A stretch of 61,763 nt of DNA from an uncultured Planctomycetales bacterium (GTDB lineage: Bacteria; Omnitrophota; Gorgyraeia; Aquiviventales; Aquiviventaceae). The stretch is from positions 1 to 61,763 of the forward strand of contig CAYJRJ010000002.1 of assembly GCA_964372775.1 (NCBI GenBank), in the 5' to 3' direction. Both the position numbers and the translations under genes were made by a program. Under the pieces are notes generated by a model. It saw nothing but the letters and a program-made list of their open reading frames with translations, searched no databases and had not been told where the DNA came from. Positions 16,352 to 25,282 of this stretch are shown one piece after another (position 1 is the first letter of the stretch; the number at the start of each line of letters is the position of its first letter).

Positions 16352-17908
16352 ATGATGGCAGTCATTGTCGGTCTTCTTGTCGTTGTGGTCATCGCGTTTG
16401 GCGCGGGGTATGCGCTTCGGGTACTCCTCAGCCGCAAGGCGCTGACCGGCGCCGAAGCCAAAGCGAAGCAGCTCGTCGAGGAGGCGACGCGCAAGGCCGA
16501 AGACACGGCCAAACGCGCGCAGTTGGAAGCGAAAGAGCAACTCCATACGCTGCGGCAGGAGTTCGAGGAGAAAACCAAAGACCGCCGCAACGAGATCTCC
16601 CAATCGGAGAAGCGGCTGCACCAGCGGGAGGAGCTACTTGACCGCAAGCTGGATTCCCTCGACAAGAAGGAAAAAGAGCTTTCGGAGCGCGATCGGCAGT
16701 TCGGGCAGCGGGAGCAAACGCTGAAAGCGAAGGATGAGCAATTGGTCCAGCTCATCGCCCAGGAGAAGGAGCAGCTTAAGACCATCGCCGGTCTTGGCAC
16801 CGAACAGGCCAAGGAGCTACTGATCTCACGGCTGGGAGAGGAGTGCCGGGCGGATGCGGGCCGGGTCATCAAGCAGGTGGAGGAAGACACCAAGCGCGAC
16901 GCGCAGATGCTCTCGAAACGCATCCTCATCGAGACGATGCAACGCTGCGCGGTCGAGTTCACCGTCGAATCCACCACGTCGGTCCTCCAGCTGCCCAACG
17001 AGGACATGAAGGGTCGCATCATCGGCCGCGAAGGACGCAACATCAAGGCGTTTGAGCTAGCGACGGGCGTCGATCTGATCGTGGATGACACGCCGGACGT
17101 CGTGACGCTCTCATCGTTCGACGCGATCCGGCGGGAAATCGCGCGCCAGTCGCTCGAGCGGCTGATGTCAGATGGCCGCATCCACCCGGCGCGCATCGAG
17201 GAGGTCGTCGAGAAGGTGAAAAAGGAGTTCAACCAGCACGTCATCCAGGAAGGCGAGAAGACGGTCAACGAGCTCGGGGCGCACGGCGTGCACCATGAGC
17301 TGATCAAGCTGGTCGGGCGGCTTCGGTACCGCACGAGCTACGGCCAGAACGTCCTGCTGCACCTGAAGGAGACCGGGTACTTGTGCGGGATGATCGCGGC
17401 GGAGCTCGGGCTGGACCAGCGCCTGGCGCGTCGCTGCGGCCTGTTGCATGATGTGGGCAAGGCGGTCAGCCATGAGGTGGAGGGGCCGCACGCGATTCTA
17501 GGAGCGGAGCTGGCCAAGAAGTACGGCGAAACGCCCGAGGTGGTGCACGCGATCGAGGCGCACCATGAGGACGTGCAGCCCAACTCGCTGATGGCCGTGC
17601 TGACCATCATCGCGGATTCCATCAGCGGCTCGCGTCCCGGGGCCCGCGGCGACACGCTGGAGAACTACGTGAAGCGGCTGCAAGCGCTGGAGGCGATCTG
17701 CGACTCGTTCACCGGCGTCGAGAAGGCGTATGCGATCCAGGCGGGCCGCGAGGTGCGCGTCATCGTCCAGCCGGAGCGCGTGACCGACCTGGAAGCCATC
17801 GCGCTCTCCCGGGAGATCAAGCGGAAAGTGGAAGGCTCGATCGAGTTTCCCGGCCAGATTAAAATCACCGTCATTCGTGAAACCCGTTCGATAGAGTATG
17901 CCCGTTAA
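16352..17908 (+). CDS. rny: ribonuclease Y
   Basis: N-terminal TM helix and coiled coil, KH motif GRIIGREGRNI, and HD domain LLHDVGK. Confidence 0.95.
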   Translation: MMAVIVGLLVVVVIAFGAGYALRVLLSRKALTGAEAKAKQLVEEATRKAEDTAKRAQLEAKEQLHTLRQEFEEKTKDRRNEISQSEKRLHQREELLDRKLDSLDKKEKELSERDRQFGQREQTLKAKDEQLVQLIAQEKEQLKTIAGLGTEQAKELLISRLGEECRADAGRVIKQVEEDTKRDAQMLSKRILIETMQRCAVEFTVESTTSVLQLPNEDMKGRIIGREGRNIKAFELATGVDLIVDDTPDVVTLSSFDAIRREIARQSLERLMSDGRIHPARIEEVVEKVKKEFNQHVIQEGEKTVNELGAHGVHHELIKLVGRLRYRTSYGQNVLLHLKETGYLCGMIAAELGLDQRLARRCGLLHDVGKAVSHEVEGPHAILGAELAKKYGETPEVVHAIEAHHEDVQPNSLMAVLTIIADSISGSRPGARGDTLENYVKRLQALEAICDSFTGVEKAYAIQAGREVRVIVQPERVTDLEAIALSREIKRKVEGSIEFPGQIKITVIRETRSIEYAR

Positions 17909-17911
17909 CCG

Positions 17912-17976
17912 GTTGGCGCGTTCCCGCGTCCCCGCGTTCCCGCGTTTTCAACGCGCCAACGCGCCAACGCGCGAAC
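17912..17976. repeat. hairpin with 8-nt periodic arms (GTTCCCGC / AACGCGCC)
   Basis: gttggcgc gttcccgc gtccccgc gttcccgc gtt ttc aacgcgcc aacgcgcc aacgcgcg aac. Confidence 0.8.
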
Positions 17977-17983
17977 ACCACGC

Positions 17984-18790
17984 ATGAAGGTTTTACTCAT
18001 CGGGGACATCATCGGCCGCCCCGGCCGGGCCATCGTCGAGCGCGAGGTGATCACTTTGCGCGAGCAGCAGCAGATTGACTTGGTGATCGCAAACTGTGAA
18101 AATGCTGCAGGTGGGGCGGGCATCACCCCGCCGATCGCTGATCAGCTGTTTCGCGCCGGCGTGGACGCGCTGACCTCCGGCAACCACGTCTGGCGCAAGC
18201 GCGAAGCGTACGACCTCCTGAAACTCGATCCCCGGGTCATCCGTCCAGCAAACTATCCCAACGGGGCGCCGGGGACCGGCTCGACGATCGTCACGACGCT
18301 CTCCGGAAAAAAAGTCGGCGTGCTCAATCTCATGGGGCGCGTGTTCATGGAGCCGCTCGACTGTCCGTTCCGCGCGGCCGAGCGGGAGTTGGCACGTCTG
18401 CAGTTGGTGACGCCGATCATCATTGTGGACATGCATGCGGAAGCCACGAGCGAGAAAGTGGCGATGGGCTGGTTTCTGGATGGCAAAGTCTCCTGCGTCT
18501 TCGGCACGCACACGCATATCCCGACAGCCGATGAGCGGATTCTGCCCAAGGGGACGGCGTTCATCACCGATGTCGGCATGACCGGGCCGTACGATTCGGT
18601 CATCGGGCGACGAGTGGATCAGATTCTCGAGCGCTTTCTCTCGAACATGCCGGTTCGCTCGGAAGTGGCCGAAGAGAATGTCCAGCTTCGGGGCTTGGTC
18701 GTCGATGTGGATGAGGCGACCGGCAAGGCGCGTGCCGTGGAGCGGCTGACGAAAACCATGAAAGGGGCGGTTCGTGGGACAGGTGACTGA
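17984..18790 (+). CDS. ymdB: YmdB-family metallophosphoesterase (2',3'-cyclic-nucleotide phosphodiesterase)
   Basis: MKVLLIGDIIGRPGR...NCENAAGG...GNH, and the conserved rny-ymdB adjacency. Confidence 0.9.
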   Translation: MKVLLIGDIIGRPGRAIVEREVITLREQQQIDLVIANCENAAGGAGITPPIADQLFRAGVDALTSGNHVWRKREAYDLLKLDPRVIRPANYPNGAPGTGSTIVTTLSGKKVGVLNLMGRVFMEPLDCPFRAAERELARLQLVTPIIIVDMHAEATSEKVAMGWFLDGKVSCVFGTHTHIPTADERILPKGTAFITDVGMTGPYDSVIGRRVDQILERFLSNMPVRSEVAEENVQLRGLVVDVDEATGKARAVERLTKTMKGAVRGTGD

Positions 18791-20045
18791 GGTCGGGCAC
18801 CCACCAGCCATCACCCCAAAGGCGCTGACCGTCGCGCAGGTCGTTTCGCGCATCCGCGCAGCGATCGAGGGCGGCTTTCCCTCGCCGATCTGGGTGGAGG
18901 GAGAGCTGACCAACTGCAGCTTTCCATCGTCGGGCCACATCTATTTTGACCTGAAGGATGAGCGGACCACTGACCGGCGCGGTCAGCCGCTGGTGCTGCC
19001 CTGCGCGTTTTTCCGCAACGCGAACGTGCATCTTAAGTTCAAGCTCGCCAACGGGCTTAAGGTCCTGTGCTTCGGCCAGATCACGACCTACGAGGCGCGG
19101 GGCCAGTATCAGCTGCAGGTGCTGCGCGTCGAGCCCAAGGGCATCGGCGCGCTGCAGCTGGCGTTTGAGCAGCTCAAGAAACGGTTGGCGGCCGAGGGGT
19201 TGTTTGACGAGGCCCGCAAGCGCGCGATTCCCAGGCTGCCGGATCGCGTCGGGTTGATCACTTCGCCGACAGGATCCGTGGTGCACGACATGGTGGCGCG
19301 CCTGCGAGGCCGTATCCACGTCATCATCCTGCCCGTGAGGGTGCAAGGAGACGGAGCCTCCGAGGAGATCGCCGAGGCGATCCGTGTGGCGAATGCCCGA
19401 CGGCTGGCGGATGTGCTGATCGTCGGGCGCGGCGGCGGCAGCCTGGAGGAGCTCTGGGCGTTCAATGAAGAGCGCGTCGCCCGCGCCATCGCCTCCTCGC
19501 GGATCCCGGTGATCTCGGCGGTCGGGCATGAAGATCACTGGACCATTGCGGATTACGTCGCTGATCTACGGGCGTCCACTCCGACGCACGCGGCACAGCT
19601 GCTGGCCCAAGAGCAGCAGCAGCTGTTGGAGCAAGCCCAGGAGCTCACGCAGCGGCTTGTGGACACCATGCAGCTGTTGCTCGACGGACACACGGACTCC
19701 GTGGCGCATCTGACCGAGCAGCTGCGATTGCTGCATCCGGCGCACCAGCTGCGCGAGTATCTCCAGCGCGCCACACAGGCGCAGGCGCAATTGGCGAAGG
19801 CGATGGACTATGCGCTTGAACGTGAAGAGAAGTTCGTCGGAGCGCTCGTAGGACGCCTGCAGGCGCTCAGCCCTCTGGCGGTGTTGGCGCGGGGCTACAG
19901 CATCACTCGGCTGCTGCCGCAGCGGCGTGTGGTGATGAGCGCCGAGCGGCTTCAAATCGGGGATGCGCTGGAGACGCTCCTGGCCCGCGGGCGCGTGACC
20001 AGCGCCATCACGCAGGTCGCGGCCGATGCGCAGGAGCCCTCCTGA
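18774..20045 (+). CDS. xseA: exodeoxyribonuclease VII large subunit
   Basis: The OB-fold N-terminus carries VWVEGELSN-like IWVEGELTNCS. GRGGGSLEELWAFN is also present. Start is GTG, overlapping ymdB. Confidence 0.9.
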   Translation: MGQVTEVGHPPAITPKALTVAQVVSRIRAAIEGGFPSPIWVEGELTNCSFPSSGHIYFDLKDERTTDRRGQPLVLPCAFFRNANVHLKFKLANGLKVLCFGQITTYEARGQYQLQVLRVEPKGIGALQLAFEQLKKRLAAEGLFDEARKRAIPRLPDRVGLITSPTGSVVHDMVARLRGRIHVIILPVRVQGDGASEEIAEAIRVANARRLADVLIVGRGGGSLEELWAFNEERVARAIASSRIPVISAVGHEDHWTIADYVADLRASTPTHAAQLLAQEQQQLLEQAQELTQRLVDTMQLLLDGHTDSVAHLTEQLRLLHPAHQLREYLQRATQAQAQLAKAMDYALEREEKFVGALVGRLQALSPLAVLARGYSITRLLPQRRVVMSAERLQIGDALETLLARGRVTSAITQVAADAQEPS

Positions 20046-20317
20046 TGGCCCAGGCCCATGAGCTCAAATATGAGGAAGCGCTCAAGCGGCTGGAGAAGCT
20101 GGTGGGTGAGTTGGACCGTTCGGAGCTGGATTTGGAGACCCGCCTCAAAAAGTTTGAGGAGGGCACCAGGCTGGCGCGGCTGCTGGTGAAAAAGCTTGAG
20201 CAGGCCAAGAAGAAAGTGGAGCTTCTGGTCAAAACCAACGTGGGCGACGTGGAGCTGGCACCCTTTGATGACGGTACACCTGAAGACACCGCTTCACCCG
20301 AAGACGAAACATCTTGA
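20045..20317 (+). CDS. xseB: exodeoxyribonuclease VII small subunit
   Basis: YEEALKRLEKLVGELD...LE..L..FEEG pattern. Its ATG overlaps the xseA stop. Confidence 0.9.
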   Translation: MAQAHELKYEEALKRLEKLVGELDRSELDLETRLKKFEEGTRLARLLVKKLEQAKKKVELLVKTNVGDVELAPFDDGTPEDTASPEDETS

Positions 20318-21113
20318 TCGCCTGACCGCGCTCGTCCAGCAGACGCTCGAGCGATGGCTGCCGAAGTCCTCGGAGCGTCCGCCGGTCGTCCATGAGGCGA
20401 TGCGCTACAGCGTGCTCGCCGGCGGCAAGCGGTTTCGGCCGCTGTTGTGCCTGGGCGGCTGCGAGGCGGCCGGTGCCCCGGCGCGCCAAGCACTCGGGGT
20501 GGCGTGCGCCGTGGAGCTCATCCACACGTACTCGCTGGTGCACGACGATCTGCCCGCGATGGACAACGCGGATGAGCGACGGGGCCAGCCCGCCTGCCAC
20601 CGAAAGTTCGGCGAGGGCAACGCCATCTTGGTCGGCGATGCGCTGCTGACGCTGGCGTTCGAGTGGCTCAGCCGAAACGGCACCACTCACGCGCCGGCCA
20701 TCATCCAGACGATCACACGCGCCTGCGGTACCATGGGATTGATCGGCGGCCAAGTGCTGGACCTGCAGATGATCAGCCAGCCGCGCAGTTCAACGGAGCA
20801 GGCCTTGGTCGATGTCGCGCAGCGCAAGACCGCCGCACTCATCACTGCCAGCGTCGTGGCGGGGGCGCTGGCCGGCGGCGGGGACGCGAAGCAAGTTCGG
20901 CTCGCCAGCCAGTACGGACAGAAGGTCGGCCTGGCGTTTCAGCTGATCGATGACGTGCATGATCAGGACGGCCTGGCGCAAGCGATGGGTATCGATGCGG
21001 CGCGCACGCGCGCCCAGCGTTTGCTGACCAGTGCGATCGACGGCCTGCGTCCGTTCGGCCGACGGGGCGATACGCTGCGGCAGCTGGCGGCCTGGCTGGG
21101 AACGACGGTATGA
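20268..21113 (+). CDS. ispA: farnesyl diphosphate synthase (polyprenyl synthetase family)
   Basis: GGKRFRP is present, with the first DDxxD in LVHDDLPAMDNADERRG and the second in QLIDDVHD. The start is uncertain, because ATG 20268 overlaps xseB by 50 nt. Confidence 0.85.
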   Translation: MTVHLKTPLHPKTKHLDRLTALVQQTLERWLPKSSERPPVVHEAMRYSVLAGGKRFRPLLCLGGCEAAGAPARQALGVACAVELIHTYSLVHDDLPAMDNADERRGQPACHRKFGEGNAILVGDALLTLAFEWLSRNGTTHAPAIIQTITRACGTMGLIGGQVLDLQMISQPRSSTEQALVDVAQRKTAALITASVVAGALAGGGDAKQVRLASQYGQKVGLAFQLIDDVHDQDGLAQAMGIDAARTRAQRLLTSAIDGLRPFGRRGDTLRQLAAWLGTTV

Positions 21114-23158
21114 AATTCCTCAAGGCGATCGAGCGTCCCGCCGACATCAAGCCACTCACCATCTCCCAGCTGGGCCTGCTCTCCCAGGAGATCCGAGAAG
21201 AGATCTTGCAGACCATTTCGCGGTTGGGCGGCCATTTGGCCTCCAGTCTCGGGGCGGTTGAGCTGTGCCTGGCACTCCACTACGTGTTTGACGCGCCCGA
21301 TGACCAGCTCATCTGGGACATGGGCTACCAGGCGTTCGCCCACAAGCTGATCACTGGGCGGCGCGACCGGTTCCGCACGCTCAAGCAGCTCGGCGGGCTC
21401 TCGGGATTCAGCAATAAAGAGGAAAGCCCCTACGACCTGTTTTCCACCGGTCACGGCGGCACCGCGCTCTCGACCGCGCTGGGCCTGGCCATGGCGCGCG
21501 ACCGAGGCGGCACCATCCACGCTGCCGAGGGAGTGTCGCGGACCGCTGGGTCCGCGACCGAGCAGGTCGACGGCTCCCGCCACGTGGTGGCGATTATCGG
21601 CGATGCCAGCCTCGGCGAAGGGATGGCGCTTGAGGCGCTCAACCACATCGGTCACATCAAGCCGAACCTGCTCGTCATCCTTAACGACAACCGGATGTCG
21701 ATCTCGCAGCCGGTGGGCGGGTTGAGCCGCTACCTCAACCGGATCATCACCAACCCGACGTACAACCGCCTGCGCGTCGACTTGACGCAGCTGATCAAGC
21801 GCCTGCCGCACGGCTCGGCGCTGGTGCGGCTCGGGCGCAAAGTCGAAGAGTCGGTCAAAGGGTTTCTGGTGCCCGGGCTGGTGTTTGAGGAGCTGGGCTT
21901 TCGCTACGTCGGACCGATCGACGGCCATGATCTGCGGGAGCTCATCACGACGTTGAAGAACGTCAAGCGGATGGAGGGGCCGATTCTCCTGCACGTCTCG
22001 ACCATCAAAGGCAAGGGGTACCGTCCGGCCGAGCAGGACCCGGAGCAATTCCACAAGATCGAGCCGTTCGACTTGGCTACCGGCCAGCTGAAGGCTGAAG
22101 GCTCAAGGCTGAAGGCGCAACCTCGTCGGAGGTCGGAGGTCGGAGGCTTGCCTCCACCCTCCACCCTCCACCCTCCAACGACGTACACGGAGGCCTTCAG
22201 CGACGAGCTCATCCGGTTGGCCGAGACGAACCGGCGCCTCATCGCCATCACCGCGGCGATGCCGGAAGGCACCGGCGTGAGCGAGTTCGCGAAACGATTC
22301 CCGCAGCGCTGCATCGACGTGGGCATGGCCGAGCAGCACGCGCTCGGTCTGGCGGCGGGCTTAGCGCGCGGCGGTTCCCGGCCCATCGTGGCGGTCTATT
22401 CGACCTTTCTCCAGCGGGCGTATGATCAGATCATGCATGAGATGTGCCTCCAGGCGCTGCCCGTCACACTGGCCATTGACCGCGCCAGCCTGGTGGGCGA
22501 GGACGGGCCGACCCACCACGGCGTCTTTGATATCGCCTACCTGCGCGTGTTGCCGAATCTTCTCGTGGCGTCGCCGAAAGATCCGGAGGAGCTGCGCGCC
22601 ATGTTGCGCTGGGCGCTCGAGCAGGATCGGCCCGTGGCCATTCGGTATGCCCGCGGCGGAATTATCTGCGGCGAACCCCTCGGCCGCTCCACGCAAATCA
22701 TCACAGGCAAGTCAGAGACGCTGCGGCCGGGCAAGGACCTGGCCCTGGTGGCCCTGGGCAGCATGGTGTACCCTGCGCTGGAGGTGGCCCAGCAACTCGC
22801 CCGCGCCGGCATTGACGCGATGGTGGTCAACGCCCGGTTCGTCAAACCGATCGACGAGGTCATGATCCGGCAGGTGGCCACACAGGTGCGGCGGATCGTG
22901 ACGCTGGAGGAGGCGCAGATCTCCGGCGGATTCGGCAGCGCAGTCTCCGAGGCGATTGATGCGCTGGGGCTGCCGGAGGTGCCGCTGCTGCGCCTCGGCC
23001 TGCCTGACGCCTTCGTTGAGCACGGCAAGCGCAGCGAGCTGTTGCAGCGTTGTCAGCTTGATCCTGAGAGCCTCACCAAACGCATCAGCCAATGGCATCA
23101 CCAACCGACGAAAGCCCCCGTTGACGAACTTCGACTCGTCACTGAATCCTCCACGTAG
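21110..23158 (+). CDS. dxs: 1-deoxy-D-xylulose-5-phosphate synthase (with two lineage-specific inserts)
   Basis: GGHLASSLG and the TPP motif GDASLGEGMALEALN are present, in the xseAB-ispA-dxs synteny. At 682 aa it is about 40-60 aa longer than typical DXS. Confidence 0.93.
   Translation: MKFLKAIERPADIKPLTISQLGLLSQEIREEILQTISRLGGHLASSLGAVELCLALHYVFDAPDDQLIWDMGYQAFAHKLITGRRDRFRTLKQLGGLSGFSNKEESPYDLFSTGHGGTALSTALGLAMARDRGGTIHAAEGVSRTAGSATEQVDGSRHVVAIIGDASLGEGMALEALNHIGHIKPNLLVILNDNRMSISQPVGGLSRYLNRIITNPTYNRLRVDLTQLIKRLPHGSALVRLGRKVEESVKGFLVPGLVFEELGFRYVGPIDGHDLRELITTLKNVKRMEGPILLHVSTIKGKGYRPAEQDPEQFHKIEPFDLATGQLKAEGSRLKAQPRRRSEVGGLPPPSTLHPPTTYTEAFSDELIRLAETNRRLIAITAAMPEGTGVSEFAKRFPQRCIDVGMAEQHALGLAAGLARGGSRPIVAVYSTFLQRAYDQIMHEMCLQALPVTLAIDRASLVGEDGPTHHGVFDIAYLRVLPNLLVASPKDPEELRAMLRWALEQDRPVAIRYARGGIICGEPLGRSTQIITGKSETLRPGKDLALVALGSMVYPALEVAQQLARAGIDAMVVNARFVKPIDEVMIRQVATQVRRIVTLEEAQISGGFGSAVSEAIDALGLPEVPLLRLGLPDAFVEHGKRSELLQRCQLDPESLTKRISQWHHQPTKAPVDELRLVTESST
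22087..22176. repeat. heptamer-periodic repeat/hairpin inside the dxs coding frame
   Basis: gctgaag gctgaag gctcaag gctgaag, then ggaggtc ggaggtc ggagg cttg cctccac cctccac cctccac cctcc. It is translated as QLKAEGSRLKAQPRRRSEVGGLPPPSTLHPP. Confidence 0.85.
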
Positions 23159-23239
23159 TTCCATGTTCCATGTTCCATGTTCCAAGTGTCACATGGGTCC
23201 GGTGCCTCAACTTCGAACTTCGAACTTGGAACCTGGAAC
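23158..23239. repeat. heptamer-periodic hairpin (GTTCCAT x4 / ACTTCGA-ACTTGGA)
   Basis: The 5' arm is at 23158-23187 and starts in the dxs stop codon. The 3' arm is at 23210-23239 and ends 9 nt before the gltX ATG. Confidence 0.8.
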
Positions 23240-23248
23240 GCACTATTG

Positions 23249-24547
23249 ATGAGCGTCCGCGTTCGGTTTGCTCCCAGCCCCACCGGCAAGCTCCACGTCG
23301 GCTCGGCGCGGACAGCGCTCTTCAACTGGTTTTTCGCCAGGCACCACCACGGCACGTTCATCCTGCGCATCGAGGACACGGATCAGAAGCGCTCCAATGC
23401 CGTCTTCCTCGACGATATTTTTGCGAGCCTGAAGTTTCTGGGGATTGAGGCCGACGAGGGTCCTCTCTACCAGAGCCAGCGGCTGCCGCTCTACCAGGAG
23501 CACGCCCAGAAACTGCTCACGACGGGCAAGGCGGTGCAGCAGGAGGGCGCAGTGGTGTTTCACGTGCCGCCCCAACAGGTCACCTGCGAGGATCTGCTGC
23601 GCGGGCCGATCACCGTCGACACGACACTGTTTGAGCAGCTCGTACTCATGAAATCCGACGGACTGCCGGCGTACAACTTTGCCTGCGTGGTGGATGATGC
23701 GCTCATGCAGATCTCCCATGTGATCCGGGGGGATGATCACATCGCCAATACACCCAAGCAGGTCGTGCTCTACCAGGCGCTCGGGTTCTCGCTGCCGGTC
23801 TTCGCGCACATTCCGCTGATCGTCGGGGCCGACCGCGCCAGGTTGTCCAAGCGTTTCGGCGCCACCTCGGTCGATGAGTACCGCCAGGTCGGCTATCTGC
23901 CGGAGGCGTTCGTGAACTATCTCGCGCTGCTGGGCTGGGCGCCCGGCGGCAACCGGGAGCTCGCCTCGCCGCAGGAGATCATCGAGCTCTTTGACCTCAC
24001 CAGAGTGCGCAAGGCCGCCGCACAATTTGACCAGCGCAAGCTCGACTGGCTCAACAGCCAGTATCTGAAGCAGACGCCTGTGCCGAAGCTGGCCCAGCTG
24101 CTCGCGCCGCGCCTCATCGAAAAAGGGCTGCTCACTCCGACGTACGACAAAGCGTGGCTCGAACGGATCGCAGCACTCGTGCAGGATCGCCTGAGGGTGC
24201 TCGAGGATATCGAAGAGGAGCACAGTTTTTTCTTTCAAGAGATGCCGGAATATCAGCCGGAGGCGGTCACCACCTTCGTGCGTCAGGACGGTGTGCCCAA
24301 GCGTCTGTTGGAGCTGCGCGACCGCCTGAGCCGGTTACCGTCCTTTGAGACCAGCGCCGTGGAGCAGGCCACGCGCGGCATGATTGCCGAATGTGGCCTT
24401 GAGTCGAAGCAGCTCATCCACCCGGTGCGCGTGGCGCTGACCGGCCGCTCCGTCAGCCCGCCGCTGTTTGAGGTGATGTCCATTCTGGGGAAGGCGCGGG
24501 TCTTGGAACGGCTAACGTACGCAGCAACAGCGCTGGCAAGGCCATGA
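23249..24547 (+). CDS. gltX: glutamate--tRNA ligase
   Basis: RVRFAPSPTGKLHVGSARTALFNW (HIGH region) and the KMSKS-like RLSKR are present. Confidence 0.92.
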   Translation: MSVRVRFAPSPTGKLHVGSARTALFNWFFARHHHGTFILRIEDTDQKRSNAVFLDDIFASLKFLGIEADEGPLYQSQRLPLYQEHAQKLLTTGKAVQQEGAVVFHVPPQQVTCEDLLRGPITVDTTLFEQLVLMKSDGLPAYNFACVVDDALMQISHVIRGDDHIANTPKQVVLYQALGFSLPVFAHIPLIVGADRARLSKRFGATSVDEYRQVGYLPEAFVNYLALLGWAPGGNRELASPQEIIELFDLTRVRKAAAQFDQRKLDWLNSQYLKQTPVPKLAQLLAPRLIEKGLLTPTYDKAWLERIAALVQDRLRVLEDIEEEHSFFFQEMPEYQPEAVTTFVRQDGVPKRLLELRDRLSRLPSFETSAVEQATRGMIAECGLESKQLIHPVRVALTGRSVSPPLFEVMSILGKARVLERLTYAATALARP

Positions 24548-24548
24548 T

Positions 24549-24646
24549 GGAAGCTAGAAGTTGGAAGTTAGAAGCTGGAAAAAACGGAGCCCTTCACTGG
24601 GTCTTTCTTGGTTTCCAACTTCTAATTTCCAGCTTCCAACTTCCAG
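24549..24646. repeat. heptamer-periodic hairpin (GGAAGYT/AGAAGYT family)
   Basis: ggaagct agaagtt ggaagtt agaagct ggaa ... ttccaac ttctaat ttccagc ttccaac ttccag. Confidence 0.85.
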
Positions 24647-24653
24647 ATTAACG

Positions 24654-25001
24654 ATGCAGGAGCGACGACACCACATCCGAATGGAGACGCCGGTCCTCAT
24701 TGAGTTTCCGAACCCCGGGACCATGACGACCGAGCGCAGCTACTCGCAGGATCTCAGCGAGTCCGGGCTGCGGTTTCCCTCGGCGGTGAGGCTTCAAGTC
24801 GGACAAGAGCTCCCCGTGACCCTGGCGCTGCCGTATCAGGAGCCGCCGCTGCACACCACCGGCGAGGTCCAGTGGGTTCGGGAGATTTCACGCCTCGGCG
24901 CGCCGCAGTATGAGGTCGGAGTGCGTTTTCGGTGGGTCGAGGATCCGGACCAACAGCGCCTGGCGCGCTACCTCTCCAGCCTGTTTCCTCGCCGCGTATG
25001 A
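24654..25001 (+). CDS. PilZ domain protein
   Basis: QERRHHIR (RRxxxR) and DLSESG (DxSxxG) are present. Length is 115 aa. Confidence 0.8.
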   Translation: MQERRHHIRMETPVLIEFPNPGTMTTERSYSQDLSESGLRFPSAVRLQVGQELPVTLALPYQEPPLHTTGEVQWVREISRLGAPQYEVGVRFRWVEDPDQQRLARYLSSLFPRRV

Positions 25002-25005
25002 TATC

Positions 25006-25113
25006 ATCCCACCCCCAGTGGCATGGCCGGCGGCCAGTCGCTGGCCCAGGGTAGGGGGGAGCATCAAGCCAGCGACTGCGTCGCCTTCGGCGACGCGCCA
25101 CAGGGGGTGGGAT
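25006..25113. repeat. 108-nt element with ATCCCACCCCC...GGGGGTGGGAT terminal inverted repeats
   Basis: atcccacccccagtgg pairs with ccacagggggtgggat with 1 mismatch. Internal stems are gccagtcgctg/cagcgactggc-like and gcgtcgcc-ttc-ggcgacgc. Confidence 0.8.
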
Positions 25114-25114
25114 A

Positions 25115-25262
25115 ATCCCACGTGCTGCGCCGCCCCGCCTGCGGCGGGGCTGAATGCCGAGGATATGTGCTATGATGTTCAAACAACTCTGGAGCCCAGC
25201 ATGCATCACGGCGGCTGTGCGTATTGACTCAAGCAGCCGCCGTGGGGCGCAGGGGGTGGGAT
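25115..25262. repeat. 148-nt TIR element (same family and length as 51160-51307)
   Basis: It shares with 51160-51307 the terminal ATCCCAC (the next 5 nt of this copy differ), the 31-nt block tgcgccgccccgcctgcggcggggcYgaatgc, tcacggcggctg, and the 3' gccgccgtgKggcgcagggggtgggat. It ends 20 nt before tRNA-Gln. Confidence 0.85.
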
Positions 25263-25282
25263 AATCCGCGAGCATCATCCAG

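Noticed and set aside
16333-17334. A 333-aa Ser-rich ORF lies antisense to rny.
   Set aside because: Its extreme Ser/Arg/Cys low complexity mirrors the Glu/Lys-rich coiled coil of RNase Y. It is a shadow frame.
22087-22176. The tandem short repeats, here and at the other heptamer loci, could be a CRISPR array.
   Set aside because: The units are 7-8 nt and directly abutting, with no spacers. The arms are self-complementary. No cas genes are present. These are not CRISPRs.
25224-25265. TTGACT paired with GATAAT could be a canonical promoter for tRNA-Gln.
   Set aside because: The spacing between the hexamers is 30 nt, far from the 16-19 nt norm. Only the extended -10-like TGGGATAAT reading is retained, as speculation.
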